DNA of 64,000 nt, taken from Candidatus Bathyarchaeota archaeon (GTDB lineage Archaea; Thermoproteota; Bathyarchaeia; 40CM-2-53-6). Below, piece after piece: positions 1 to 9,817 of the stretch. The stretch's first letter is position 1. The number at the start of each line of letters is the position of its first letter. A program made the position numbers and the translations under genes. Under the pieces are notes generated by a model that had not been told where the DNA came from, made no database searches, and saw only the letters and a program-made list of their open reading frames with translations. The stretch is from positions 64,001 through 128,000 of the forward strand of contig CAWHWX010000001.1 in NCBI GenBank assembly GCA_963833125.1. The letters are read 5' to 3'.

Positions 1-1
1 A

Positions 2-412
2 ACTGGACGAGTGCAGGTACTGAAGATGGTAGCAGCCTACGACGTAGGTAAAGCCATCAACCCGATTTCGGTTGAAGGCCAAATAGAGGGAGGTACGATT
101 CAAGGGTTAGGCTACGCCTTAATGGAAGAAATGATCCACAAGAATGGGGTAGTCGTTAACCCTAACCTGGGAGATTACTATGTTCCCACTTCACTCGACG
201 TACCCGAAATCAAAACGATAATCGTAGAATACCCAGGCCGCTTGGGACCTTACGGTGCGAAGGCCATTGGTGAACCTCCAATAGTCTTGCCGGCCCCTGC
301 GATCGTGAACGCCATCGACAACGCCATCGGTGTGAGAATCAACGAGATACCGGCGACTCCCGATAGAGTAATGGCGGGGTTGAGGACAACCAATCAGTTA
401 CGGAAGAGGTAG
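2..412 (+). CDS. Xanthine/CO dehydrogenase family molybdopterin-binding large subunit, C-terminal part (truncated by window edge)
   Basis: Motifs DVGKAINP, EGQIEGG, GAKAIGEPP and NAI.NAIG; XdhC is adjacent. Confidence 0.9.
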   Translation, partial: TGRVQVLKMVAAYDVGKAINPISVEGQIEGGTIQGLGYALMEEMIHKNGVVVNPNLGDYYVPTSLDVPEIKTIIVEYPGRLGPYGAKAIGEPPIVLPAPAIVNAIDNAIGVRINEIPATPDRVMAGLRTTNQLRKR

Positions 413-425
413 GGCTGGGGATCAT

Positions 426-1241
426 TTGAAGCTCGTTCCCGTTTACTCTGATAAGGCGTTACTTGAGGAGGCCCATGAGCTTATGCAAGCATCGCAGCCG
501 TTTGCTTGGGTAACGATAATCAATCAAGAGGGGTCGAGCGCTCGACATTTGGGTTCATCAATGTTGGTAACTAGCGAAGGTAAAGTCATAGGCACAGTTG
601 GCGGAGCAATTGCTGAGCTTCAACTTATCGAACAGTCAATGCAAGCAATTAAGGAAGGGAAACCGCGGACAATCAAGATACCGTTACCGGTTTGTGCGGG
701 CGTCATAACTTGTTTCGTAAATGTCTTCCACGCCCCTGATCACCTAATCCTCGTAGGAGGTGGTCACGTTGCCCAACCAATTTCAAAACTGGCGAAGATG
801 CTTGGCTTTCAAGTTACTGTAATAGATGACAGGGGTGAGTATGCGACGAAGGAACGATTCCCTGAGGCTGACAGGGTCATCGTTGACGATTGGGCCAAAG
901 CCTTGAACGAAGTCAGCATAAATTCGAACACGTACATCATTATCCTAACTTACGCTGGAGAATATGATGAGCTAGCTCTGAGAACGGTAGTCGCTTCGAA
1001 TGCGGCTTATATTGGGATGATCTCGAGCGAATCCAAAGCTAAAGGCATTCTCTCGAAGCTAAGGCGAGATGGAATTCCAGATGACCTCCTGCGAAAAGTC
1101 GTAACGCCCATCGGACTTGACATCGGTGCTGAGACACCTGCGGAGGTAGCTGTAAGCACGATGGCCGAGATAGTGATGCGAAGAAAGAAAAGGACAGGCA
1201 AACCTCTCTCAATAGCGGAACGAGAATTGATCAAGTCTTAA
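426..1241 (+). CDS. xdhC: XdhC/CoxI family Mo-cofactor maturation factor
   Basis: GTVGG, CAG, GGGHVA, DDR and PIGLDIGAETPAEVAVS motifs. Confidence 0.9.
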   Translation: MKLVPVYSDKALLEEAHELMQASQPFAWVTIINQEGSSARHLGSSMLVTSEGKVIGTVGGAIAELQLIEQSMQAIKEGKPRTIKIPLPVCAGVITCFVNVFHAPDHLILVGGGHVAQPISKLAKMLGFQVTVIDDRGEYATKERFPEADRVIVDDWAKALNEVSINSNTYIIILTYAGEYDELALRTVVASNAAYIGMISSESKAKGILSKLRRDGIPDDLLRKVVTPIGLDIGAETPAEVAVSTMAEIVMRRKKRTGKPLSIAERELIKS

Positions 1242-1348
1242 CCAACCCAAATTCAATTTGGATTCGTCTCGGAGTCCAGTTATGCTCTTCGGGGCCTGAG
1301 GAAGAAACTTTTAGATACTACAGTTATAGGAGGTTGTGGAGACTACCG

Positions 1349-1723
1349 ATGTCATTAGGCGAACTTCAAGCCGACATACTTGGCGTCTTGCAGAGACTAG
1401 GCAAAGCGTCTGCTCGAGAAGTAATGAAAGAGTTGGCCACGACTCGCCAGGTTGCTTACACAACCGTTGGAACAGTTCTCGATCGCCTCTACCGGAAGGG
1501 CTTGGTTCGAAGGACCAAGGTGGTTGGGCGTGGGGGCGCCAAATATCTCTACTATCCTGCGCCCTCTGAGGAGATTCAATCGAATCTTGTTCAGCGAGCG
1601 CTCGGCCAGCTCATAAACGCCTTCGGACCGTCTATAGTTCCGACAATTTACGATAACCTCGAACGAATTTCGAAGGAAGAAGCCGACGAGCTAAAGAGAA
1701 AGGTCGATAAGGCGAGAAGGTAG
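1349..1723 (+). CDS. BlaI/MecI/CopY family transcriptional repressor
   Basis: LGELQ..IL.VL, AYTTVGTVLDRLYRKGLV.R wHTH; ATG 1349 preferred over TTG 1334 because of SD spacing. Confidence 0.85.
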   Translation: MSLGELQADILGVLQRLGKASAREVMKELATTRQVAYTTVGTVLDRLYRKGLVRRTKVVGRGGAKYLYYPAPSEEIQSNLVQRALGQLINAFGPSIVPTIYDNLERISKEEADELKRKVDKARR

Positions 1724-1730
1724 CCCACAA

Positions 1731-2633
1731 TTGATCTTAGAAATCTATGCGGTCTACTTCAGCACTCTTAGAGTACTTGCCGCAATCATACTGCCTCTCG
1801 CATCCATCCTCGTATTATTCTTGATTTTCCGAAGAAGCAGTAACCCGAAATCCCGATCCTTGAGCCTCGGCATGATGATGCTCTCTTCAATCTTCTTCTG
1901 GCTCTTCATCAGCCTCAGCCTCGTCCTATGTTACGCCCTTTCAGAACTATACGAGTATCAACCAGGAGTTGCAGTTCGAACGGTCTTCGGAACCGTGCTA
2001 TTGCTTGCAATTATGGGCGGTCTGCCGCTATCCATCCTCCTAACGCGATTTTCTCCACGAATAGTTCTTGCAAAGGTGAAGAATCTCTCACCCCCTAAAC
2101 CAGATACCGCAGCCTCCTTCAACGCCCTCCGCAGAAGAATGGGAGTAGCAGACGCCGAACTAATGATCTCCAAGACAAACGTCCCCATCTCGTTCGCCGT
2201 TGAGGTCCACAAACCAATCATAGTCATGTCGGAGAAACTGCTAACTCTACTGAAGAAAGACGAAATTGAAGCGGTAATGGCTCACGAATTAGCTCACGTG
2301 AAGAACTCTGATACGATCCTGAAGGCCTTGGTCACCGCCTACAAGACCGCACTTCCCCATGACCCAATCATACGGTTGGTTGAAGCAGCTTTTCACCGAG
2401 AGAGGGAAATGGTTGCGGATGAGACCGCGGCCAGAACGACTGAGAAGCCTTTGTCACTTGCGTCGGCATTGCTGAAGATCTCTGACGCGTTTCCCAAGAA
2501 TGCCCTTCGATCCTACGGAACTCTATCGATTCTTGGGACGGGTAAAACACTGTTGAGCCGTCATCCGCCGATAAAGCTACGAATACAGCAGTTAGTTCAT
2601 TTGGCGGAAATCTATGGCTCTAGAACACGCTGA
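1731..2633 (+). CDS. M56/M48 family membrane zinc metallopeptidase (BlaR1/HtpX-like)
   Basis: N-terminal TM helices, AHELAH zincin motif, E..AD, LASALLK and SRHPP...RI; operon with BlaI. Confidence 0.85.
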   Translation: MILEIYAVYFSTLRVLAAIILPLASILVLFLIFRRSSNPKSRSLSLGMMMLSSIFFWLFISLSLVLCYALSELYEYQPGVAVRTVFGTVLLLAIMGGLPLSILLTRFSPRIVLAKVKNLSPPKPDTAASFNALRRRMGVADAELMISKTNVPISFAVEVHKPIIVMSEKLLTLLKKDEIEAVMAHELAHVKNSDTILKALVTAYKTALPHDPIIRLVEAAFHREREMVADETAARTTEKPLSLASALLKISDAFPKNALRSYGTLSILGTGKTLLSRHPPIKLRIQQLVHLAEIYGSRTR

Positions 2634-2641
2634 TCTACGCT

Positions 2642-3491
2642 CTAGGTTTTCTCGTCCTTCTTCTTAGTGAGATCCGCAACACTCACTACTCCCAATGGGG
2701 GGAATCCCATAGAAACCCCTGCGGTCGGTGTGTTCGTCGGGACCAACATCAGGGTTCCTTTGCTTTGAAGGCCAAGCTCGTAGAGAATGTTCATCCAACG
2801 CAATTCCAAAGCCCGAATATTCTTCTCGTAGAGATTCGCGGCGTCAACCATCTTCTGGGCCGCCTCATACTCTGCCATAGCCAAAGTCACCCGTGCCCTT
2901 CGCTCGCGTTTCAGCCTGGGCTTGTCTAGACATGGCATCCTGTAAAGCTCCTGGTATTCCGATGTCTTTGACCTCAACAGAGGACACCTTAATCCCCCAA
3001 TGTTCTGTTTTCTCGTCGATTATGTTCCGGGCCTCGACGCCTACCTTCTCGCGTTCCGCGAGTAATTCGTCAAAGCTAACTTTGCCTATGACCTCTCGCA
3101 AGGTTGTCTGAGCAGCCAGAGTGGTAGCATCTAGGTACCTTTCGACGTTCAAAATCACTTTCTCTACATCTATAGCTTGGTAGAACATTATTGCATCGAC
3201 GTTGACGGGAACATTGTCTTTGGTGAAAGTTTGTTCGGTTCTAAATGGGAACGTTTGTACGCGCGTTGAGACGATGTTTGGAATTCGATCTATGAACGGG
3301 ATTATGTAAAAGAGGCCAGGACCCTTCAAACCGGTAAAACGCCCTAGGCGTAGAACGGGCGCCCGTTCCCATTCCCTGATTACCCTAATGCCAGACGCCA
3401 CGATGACTACAACGAAAAGTAGGACTATGACTCCCACAATGAACCCAGGGTCAAACAACAAATCTGCAAGCGCCATGAAACTGTCCCTCAC
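2642..3491 (-). CDS. SPFH/stomatin (slipin) protein; 1-bp frameshift near 2905 joins two ORFs
   Basis: RLGRF..LKGPGL, TKDNVPV.VDA, AMSRQAQA continuing into RERRARV and ALELRW in the other frame. Confidence 0.85.
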
Positions 3492-4858
3492 TCCTGAGTT
3501 TGCAACGGCTTGACCTTTAAGACTAGCCCTTCTCTCCCAACGATCTCGACTTGCTCGCCCTCTTTCACTTGCGCACCAAGACTTTCAGCTTTCCAAATCT
3601 GACCTTCAAAACTCACTTCACCCCTCGGGACGAGAGATGACACCGCCGTCCCAGTCTTACCCATCATTTGATCCGGGCCAGCCTTTACTTTCAGTCGTCT
3701 TGACTGGGCCACCTTGAAAACTACGAACCCGAATATTCCGGACATCACGAGGGCTAGCGAGATCAGTGTTTCCCGTGCCGATTGGACTGAACTTGCGGCG
3801 ATCAGCTCCCATCCCGGGAGCGGAAATTCCAAGAAGCTCGCGGCGATTACCATTCCGATTCCAGCTATGGCGAAAATTCCGACGTGCGTTTTGATCTCTA
3901 GCAGAGTAAGCGCGATACCAAGAAGGAACAGGAGGGTGGCAGCGAGGTTGATTCCTATCGCTCCAAATCCTATCAACGCAAACAAAACCATCAGTGCACC
4001 GACAATCTCAACGCCGAACCCTGGCGTCTTGAACCCAATTATGACCGCGTACATGCCGACTAGGAAGAGCGCGATTGAGATTATGGGGTTGGAGAGGAAT
4101 GTTAGGAGTTGGACGCTGTAGCTAGGTGTGTAATTGTAGGTTGGGGCTTGTGAGATTCCTGAGAAATCAAAGCTCTTCGTGTAGGTTACATTGCTTAGTG
4201 TGGATGTCAAAACGAGTTTCCGCACGGAAGTGCCCATCTGGGTGGTTGAAAGAACCAGGGTGTAAGGTTGAAGTTGAGAGAGCAGGCTGTCGAGAGTGTC
4301 AGCTGCAAATTCGATGATGTGAAGCCTGAGCGCTTCCTCCGGGCCGAGGTTGATGTTCTGCGTGATGAACTGTTGAGCCGCTGTTTCGTTTCTATCGTGA
4401 AGTCGAGCGTTGTCCCGCATCAGCCCGGTTAGAGCGTTGATGATCTTCGTTTCGTTGATGGGTTCCCCCGCTGCTGTAACCGGTTGAGCTGAGCCTATGG
4501 TCGTTCCGGAGGCCATCACGGCTACGTCCGACGCCATCAAAATGTACGTCCCGCCGCTCCAGGCCGCCGCACCTGAAGGAGTAACCCATACAACAACCGG
4601 TATTGGTGAACCGTTGAACGCATTCATAATATCCGTTACGGAACTCAAATCTCCCCCAGGAGTGTTAAGCTCATAGACGATGAGTCGTGCTCCCCCAGCG
4701 GTTGCCTCATCAATGGAACGCGTCACTAACTCTACGGTAGGGCCAGCAATGTCTGAACTTACGCTAACAACAAGCACACTGCCCTGAGCCCGAGCAGTAG
4801 GCTGGAGCGCCATGAGCACTACGATGGTGACAACTGCAACCAGCGCTAGAGGCTTCAT
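3488..4858 (-). CDS. nfeD: NfeD long form (ClpP-class protease + TM + OB domain)
   Basis: LNTPGG, AWSGG, TIGSAQP, C-terminal GEV..EGQIWKA; translationally coupled to SPFH. Confidence 0.9.
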   Translation of the reverse strand: MKPLALVAVVTIVVLMALQPTARAQGSVLVVSVSSDIAGPTVELVTRSIDEATAGGARLIVYELNTPGGDLSSVTDIMNAFNGSPIPVVVWVTPSGAAAWSGGTYILMASDVAVMASGTTIGSAQPVTAAGEPINETKIINALTGLMRDNARLHDRNETAAQQFITQNINLGPEEALRLHIIEFAADTLDSLLSQLQPYTLVLSTTQMGTSVRKLVLTSTLSNVTYTKSFDFSGISQAPTYNYTPSYSVQLLTFLSNPIISIALFLVGMYAVIIGFKTPGFGVEIVGALMVLFALIGFGAIGINLAATLLFLLGIALTLLEIKTHVGIFAIAGIGMVIAASFLEFPLPGWELIAASSVQSARETLISLALVMSGIFGFVVFKVAQSRRLKVKAGPDQMMGKTGTAVSSLVPRGEVSFEGQIWKAESLGAQVKEGEQVEIVGREGLVLKVKPLQTQE

Positions 4859-4965
4859 TCAGTGTGGCGTCTCTTCATTGGGTAGGAGGAAGGCGTCCTT
4901 TAAACCCTGCTTCAGAATAGTCGACAAAATGTCCACAGTTCTGGAAAAGATTCGAGAGAAGACTC

Positions 4966-5625
4966 TTGTCACAATCAAGAACAACTAAGCAACGTTTGAT
5001 GCTTAGAATAATTGGCAGGAAATTTCCGGTAAAGGTCTGGAAGGCGGGGCGTCCTTTTGAAACCCTTATTGAAACCATACTATCACAGAACACTACCGAC
5101 CACAACAGTCACGCAGCGATGATAAAACTCAGGAAGCGGTACAAGATTAACCCGCGAACGCTCGCCAAAGCAAGGATTAGAGACTTAACGCCATGCATTA
5201 AGCAGGCTGGATTGTACAGGTCTAAGGGTCCACGAATCAAGGCAGTATCTAGAATTATTCAAACTCAGTACGGTGGGCGCCTCGCACCCATCATAAACCG
5301 GCCGTATGCGGAGGCAAAGGGTGAACTGATGACGCTTCCCGGAGTTGGGCCTAAGACCGCCGATATTCTGCTCGCATTCGTAGCGAAGAATCCAATAATC
5401 CCCGTAGATACGCACATTGCGAGAGTTACCAAACGACTCGGAATCGCTAAGCCTAACGCAAACTACGAACGAGTCCGATTGCCATTGGAGGCTCTGATTC
5501 CACCTCAAAAGAGAGTCCCATGGCACCTTTCCATTATTGCGTTCGGACGCGCAATCTGTCGCACACCCCGGCCTCGGTGCGCCATCTGTCCTGTGAATAA
5601 CTTGTGTCCCAGCAGCACCGTCTAA
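4966..5625 (+). CDS. nth: Endonuclease III (HhH-GPD, 4Fe-4S)
   Basis: ILSQNTTD, LPGVGPKTA, PVDTH, C-x6-C-x2-C-x5-C. Confidence 0.92.
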   Translation: MSQSRTTKQRLMLRIIGRKFPVKVWKAGRPFETLIETILSQNTTDHNSHAAMIKLRKRYKINPRTLAKARIRDLTPCIKQAGLYRSKGPRIKAVSRIIQTQYGGRLAPIINRPYAEAKGELMTLPGVGPKTADILLAFVAKNPIIPVDTHIARVTKRLGIAKPNANYERVRLPLEALIPPQKRVPWHLSIIAFGRAICRTPRPRCAICPVNNLCPSSTV

Positions 5626-5688
5626 CACGAAATCAACAGTAACCTGGTGTCAACAACTTTTTTTAGTGAATGTTCATTCCAAGCTTGA

Positions 5689-5895
5689 ATGAATGGTGAC
5701 TCGTTGCCAACAGAATTCAATGATGAGGACATTCCCTTCTACGCTGAAGTAACGGCAGGCGGAAGGATAACTATACCTGAAGAAATTCGCAAGATCTTCG
5801 AAATTAAGGATGGCGATGCAGTGTTCTGTCATTTGAAAATTATACCTAGGAAAAAGAACAATCTTCCTGCAAAGGAAGCCAAACAGGCTACTTAG
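5689..5895 (+). CDS. AbrB/MazE/SpoVT family DNA-binding protein
   Basis: GRITIPEEIRKIFEIKDGD signature. Confidence 0.8.
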   Translation: MNGDSLPTEFNDEDIPFYAEVTAGGRITIPEEIRKIFEIKDGDAVFCHLKIIPRKKNNLPAKEAKQAT

Positions 5896-6566
5896 TTTGT
5901 GTCGTTGAAAGAAGCGTTCGCCCAAGAGAGGTTAGCCTGACGCGGAGGCGGCCAGCGTTTTCCACGTTCAATCTCAACCAACCCCAGACTCTCCAATCCC
6001 TTACTCTCCTGCGATCCCCGAATGTGATAACTCAGAAGCGGCTTTCCGTAATTCACAATCTCACTCAACTTCTCTAGACTCTCAACATCGCCTCCAGAAC
6101 GCTCGATTGCACGCAGGATCTCGAGCTTAGGCTCAGTCACCGTTTGAGTATACCCATATTTCATAACCGGAAGCACTTCAGCACGATCTCCAGCCACGTC
6201 GAATGTTCTTATCCCGTGAATGAAAGCCGCCGTAACACCAGCGCACGTCAGATGCTTGCTGGCTGGTCCGACGTTTATGAGAAAATCCTGAAAGCCTTCC
6301 GTTTCCTTTTTCACTAGTTGCCCGATTGTATCGAGCATGGTTTGTATTGAGGAATCTTGAATCGGTACTATGTCAACCGCGAGCCGGAGTGTGTCATTTA
6401 GCTTTCCGGCAAGCTGTTGCGCTTGGTTCTTAGTTTCGGTTGTTGTAATGAGGACCAATTTGTGTGCTGGAAAGTTGCGGAGCCCAACAAAAACTGCTTC
6501 CTCGTTGCCTCCAAGAATCGCCATTTGAAGAGTCTTCAAAGGCATAGGGTCCGCATCCATTCGCAT
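5888..6566 (-). CDS. CARF-like (DUF6293/Csa3-like) + wHTH regulator; frameshift near 5955
   Basis: N-terminal Rossmann-like pattern (KLVLI, INV); C-terminal LSYHI...LESLGLVEI, continuing as RLRVRLTSLGRTLL in the shifted frame. Confidence 0.7.
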
Positions 6567-6641
6567 CTAATTAAACACTCAGATGTTTAATTGACTTATA
6601 CAGAAGGTGACGGCTGATCGCAAGAAAACTCAATCGGCGAA

Positions 6642-7880
6642 ATGGAGGAAGGAAGAGTGTGGTATTCGTCACGGTTACCGTTGAGCCGTTCACTCCTTTT
6701 TCAATCGCCGCTATATGTCTCGGTTTTTCTGATGAGGTTCAGCTTCGGACTTGTACTCTTCACCCTTCCAATCTACCTTCCAAAACATGAATTCTCGAAC
6801 CTGACCGTTGGAATAATCGCAGCCGCATACCCAGCAACCGAGACCATCTGCGGGCCATGGATCGGAATTCTAGTTGATAGATTTGGGCGGCGAAAATGGA
6901 TCTATCTCGGCCTGACAATCTCCACTGTGGCGCTGTTTGCATTCACATTGAGCACGAACATCGGATACTTGGTAGCCGTGCACGCAGTGCAAGGCGTCGC
7001 GGCGGCCATGATCATTGTTAGCGCCCTGACCATGGTAACGGACGCGAGCACCAGCGCAACGCGAGGGAAAGAAATGGGGGTCTACGATTTCGCAAATCTA
7101 GGAGGGTATATGGTCGGCATTATAGCGGCCGGAATTCTGACGCGAATTAGCTCACAAACGGCTCCGTTTTACTTTGCCGCCGCTCTCGCGGCAATCGGCG
7201 CTCTCTTCGCTTATTTCAAAGTTAAGGAAACAAAAGAGAAAGGAAAGCAACGCGCCCTCTCCCCAATCCAAACATTAAAGATTCTTTTGAGCCACCGACG
7301 CGCAGCCGCGATGTTTCCGATCTGGTTGGCCATAACCACGTTCGTTGGTGTAGCCCTGACATTCGGTCCACGCCTCGGCCCATCACCGATCTTGACGAGC
7401 CTATTGTTTGGGGGAGCGGTATTGGTATTGGCGGTTACACAACCATTCTTCGGCCACCTCTCCGACAAGTATGGCCGTGATAAGCTCATGATGCTGGGCT
7501 TGCTTTCCGTTTTGGGGCTGTTCTTCACCGCCATAAACATGCTTCGGGGTAGGTTAGGGTTCAATTTCGGAGCCCCCTTCCTCGTAGTCTTCGGAATAGG
7601 TAGTTTCGCTTTTCCACCCGCCGCGCTCGCAACATTGGGCGATCTAGCCCCCGAGCGCAACCGAGGAACGACCATGGGAGTCTATAGCGTTGTCATAAGT
7701 TTAGGAACGATTATTGGCCCGCTTCTCGGCGGTTATTTGCTGGATAAGTATGGGATGAGTAGCCTGTTCTATTCCGGGCTCGTGATATTGATCGGAGCAT
7801 TGGGTCTGTCGATTCTCATAGCTGGCTCGGGGTTCAGAATCACAAGGCCGCTTGGGTTTCGTAGGCAGGGTCGAAGCTAG
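6642..7880 (+). CDS. MFS transporter (true start probably slightly downstream)
   Basis: About 12 TM segments; motif A GILVDRFGRR and GHLSDKYGRD. Confidence 0.9.
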   Translation: MEEGRVWYSSRLPLSRSLLFQSPLYVSVFLMRFSFGLVLFTLPIYLPKHEFSNLTVGIIAAAYPATETICGPWIGILVDRFGRRKWIYLGLTISTVALFAFTLSTNIGYLVAVHAVQGVAAAMIIVSALTMVTDASTSATRGKEMGVYDFANLGGYMVGIIAAGILTRISSQTAPFYFAAALAAIGALFAYFKVKETKEKGKQRALSPIQTLKILLSHRRAAAMFPIWLAITTFVGVALTFGPRLGPSPILTSLLFGGAVLVLAVTQPFFGHLSDKYGRDKLMMLGLLSVLGLFFTAINMLRGRLGFNFGAPFLVVFGIGSFAFPPAALATLGDLAPERNRGTTMGVYSVVISLGTIIGPLLGGYLLDKYGMSSLFYSGLVILIGALGLSILIAGSGFRITRPLGFRRQGRS

Positions 7881-9280
7881 GTTTTCTTGGAGAGGTGTGT
7901 GATGACGTCCATTTTTGTTAAGACGCCGATGGCTACTCCATCGTGTACGACTACAACGGCGTTGTGGCCTGCTGTCAAGTGCTTGTATAGTTCGGAGATG
8001 TCCGCTTTCGAGTCTACGCTCGGGAGCGCTGCGTCCATGACTTCTTGGGTTGGTTGAGACAATGATGCTCCTCTTGTGAGCAGTTTCTTCATCACCGTAT
8101 CGTCGTAGATGGTACCAAGGACATGGCCCTCTTCAATCACCGGAAGTTGAGATACGTCATGATTTCGCATCAGTTCGACTGCCTTCGCGAGTGGTTCATT
8201 GAGGGTCACCGCAATCATGGCTGGCACCTGAGAGGGTTTTGCGTTCAATATCGCCTCGACCGTGATCTTGCCTTCCTTCTCAGCCTCAATGTATCCTAGT
8301 TCGAGCATCCACTCATCAGAATACATCTTACTGAGGTAGTTTCTTCCAGTATCCGGAAAGATGACGACCACTACCTGATCTTTGGAAACCTTCTTGGCGA
8401 CCTGGAGGGTGGCGTACATCGCTGCGCCGGAGGACCCTCCAACCAAAAGCCCTTCTTCTCTAGCAAGACGGCGGGCGGTGATGAACGAATCTTTGTCGCT
8501 GACACTAATCACTTCATTCACATAATCCATCTCGAGCGTTTTGGGCATGAAGTCCTCTCCGATCCCTTCGACCTTGTAGGGGTGGGGCGGTTTGTCGATC
8601 TTGTTGTAGCGCGGATAGAAAATCGAGCCTTCGGGGTCTACGCCAATGACTTTGACTTCAGGTTTCTTCTCTTTCAGATATTTCCCAACACCCGTAATCG
8701 TGCCCCCGGTACCCATACCAATCACCACGATGTCGACTTTCCCGTCGGTTTGCTTCCAAATTTCCGGTCCCGTGGTTTTGTAGTGGACGAGTGGGTTGAT
8801 TGGGTTCACGTACTGGTTGGGCATGTACGCGTTTGATGTTTCATTCGCGATTCTTTGAGCTACGTTGTAGTAGTTTTCTGGTGAGTCGGGTGGTACGTTC
8901 GTGGGGGCGATAACCACGCGCCCGCCGAGTGCTCGAATGAGCCTACGTTTTTCTTCACTCATCTTGTCAGGCATGGTGAAGATGGCTCTGTACCCTCTTA
9001 TGGTGGCTGTGAGCGCTAGTCCCATACCTGTATTTCCCGAAGTGGGCTCAACTATTGTGCCGCGGGGCTTCAGCAAACCTTTGCGTTCGGCATCGTCAAT
9101 CATGGCGATTCCGATTCGATCCTTCACGCTTCCGCCTGGATTCAGGTACTCCAGTTTCGCGAGGATTAGGCATCGCGCGCCGTTGGTTACTTTGTTTATC
9201 TTCACAATGGGAGTGTTGCCGATTAGGCTGAGAATGTTTTCATGATACTCCAAGGTCAGCACTCCAGTAAACTCCCTCAT
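7877..9280 (-). CDS. Cystathionine beta-synthase with C-terminal CBS pair
   Basis: NPGGSVKDR PLP lysine, EPTSGNTG, GTGGT, VEGIG, two CBS domains. Confidence 0.9.
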   Translation of the reverse strand: MREFTGVLTLEYHENILSLIGNTPIVKINKVTNGARCLILAKLEYLNPGGSVKDRIGIAMIDDAERKGLLKPRGTIVEPTSGNTGMGLALTATIRGYRAIFTMPDKMSEEKRRLIRALGGRVVIAPTNVPPDSPENYYNVAQRIANETSNAYMPNQYVNPINPLVHYKTTGPEIWKQTDGKVDIVVIGMGTGGTITGVGKYLKEKKPEVKVIGVDPEGSIFYPRYNKIDKPPHPYKVEGIGEDFMPKTLEMDYVNEVISVSDKDSFITARRLAREEGLLVGGSSGAAMYATLQVAKKVSKDQVVVVIFPDTGRNYLSKMYSDEWMLELGYIEAEKEGKITVEAILNAKPSQVPAMIAVTLNEPLAKAVELMRNHDVSQLPVIEEGHVLGTIYDDTVMKKLLTRGASLSQPTQEVMDAALPSVDSKADISELYKHLTAGHNAVVVVHDGVAIGVLTKMDVITHLSKKT

Positions 9281-9348
9281 CCAAGGCTATATCTTGTGCC
9301 TCAAATCCGGCACAATCGATAAATCGACCTATACCCTAAACCGCTAAC

Positions 9349-9699
9349 ATGGAAGCAGTATTCTTAGTCCAACCTTGGGTTCAGACCCGGACGGCAATGG
9401 ACTGTTGCAAGCTATGTTACCAGGAGAGAGAAAGCAAAGATCATTTGGAATGTAAACGAGCCCATCTGGCCGCCTACAATTCCCTCCTCGCGATTCTCAG
9501 ACTTGAAAAGGGAAAGGAGTTCGAGGACGCTCTGAAACAGTTGGAAGAAGCGAAAGCCAAATGCCTCTCAACACCCAAACCGGACAACCAATGCCACGGT
9601 AAGTCTCAAGAAGCGTTGGGTCAAACGCTTGCGATCTACGATAAGATATTGGAAAATTACAAGAGAATAATACCCATGCGGGCTGCTCCAAAACTATAA
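9349..9699 (+). CDS. Hypothetical helical protein with Cys/His motifs
   Basis: ORF fills the gap; CCKLC...H..C...H. Confidence 0.55.
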   Translation: MEAVFLVQPWVQTRTAMDCCKLCYQERESKDHLECKRAHLAAYNSLLAILRLEKGKEFEDALKQLEEAKAKCLSTPKPDNQCHGKSQEALGQTLAIYDKILENYKRIIPMRAAPKL

Positions 9700-9817
9700 G
9701 ATGCGCTAGGCGTGGATCGTGCGTATTGAGCTGTGAAAGGGTTCCTAAATCAGCCTTCCATACAACTTCAGATTTTAAGCCTCTTTAAGGCGGATTGAAA
9801 AAAGGGAACGTGGGAAC

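Noticed and set aside
3714-4121. Antisense and overlapping ORFs such as this one (also 7211-7675, 17150-17719, 33529-34044, 59160-59648)
   Set aside because: They are shadows of well-supported genes on the opposite strand.
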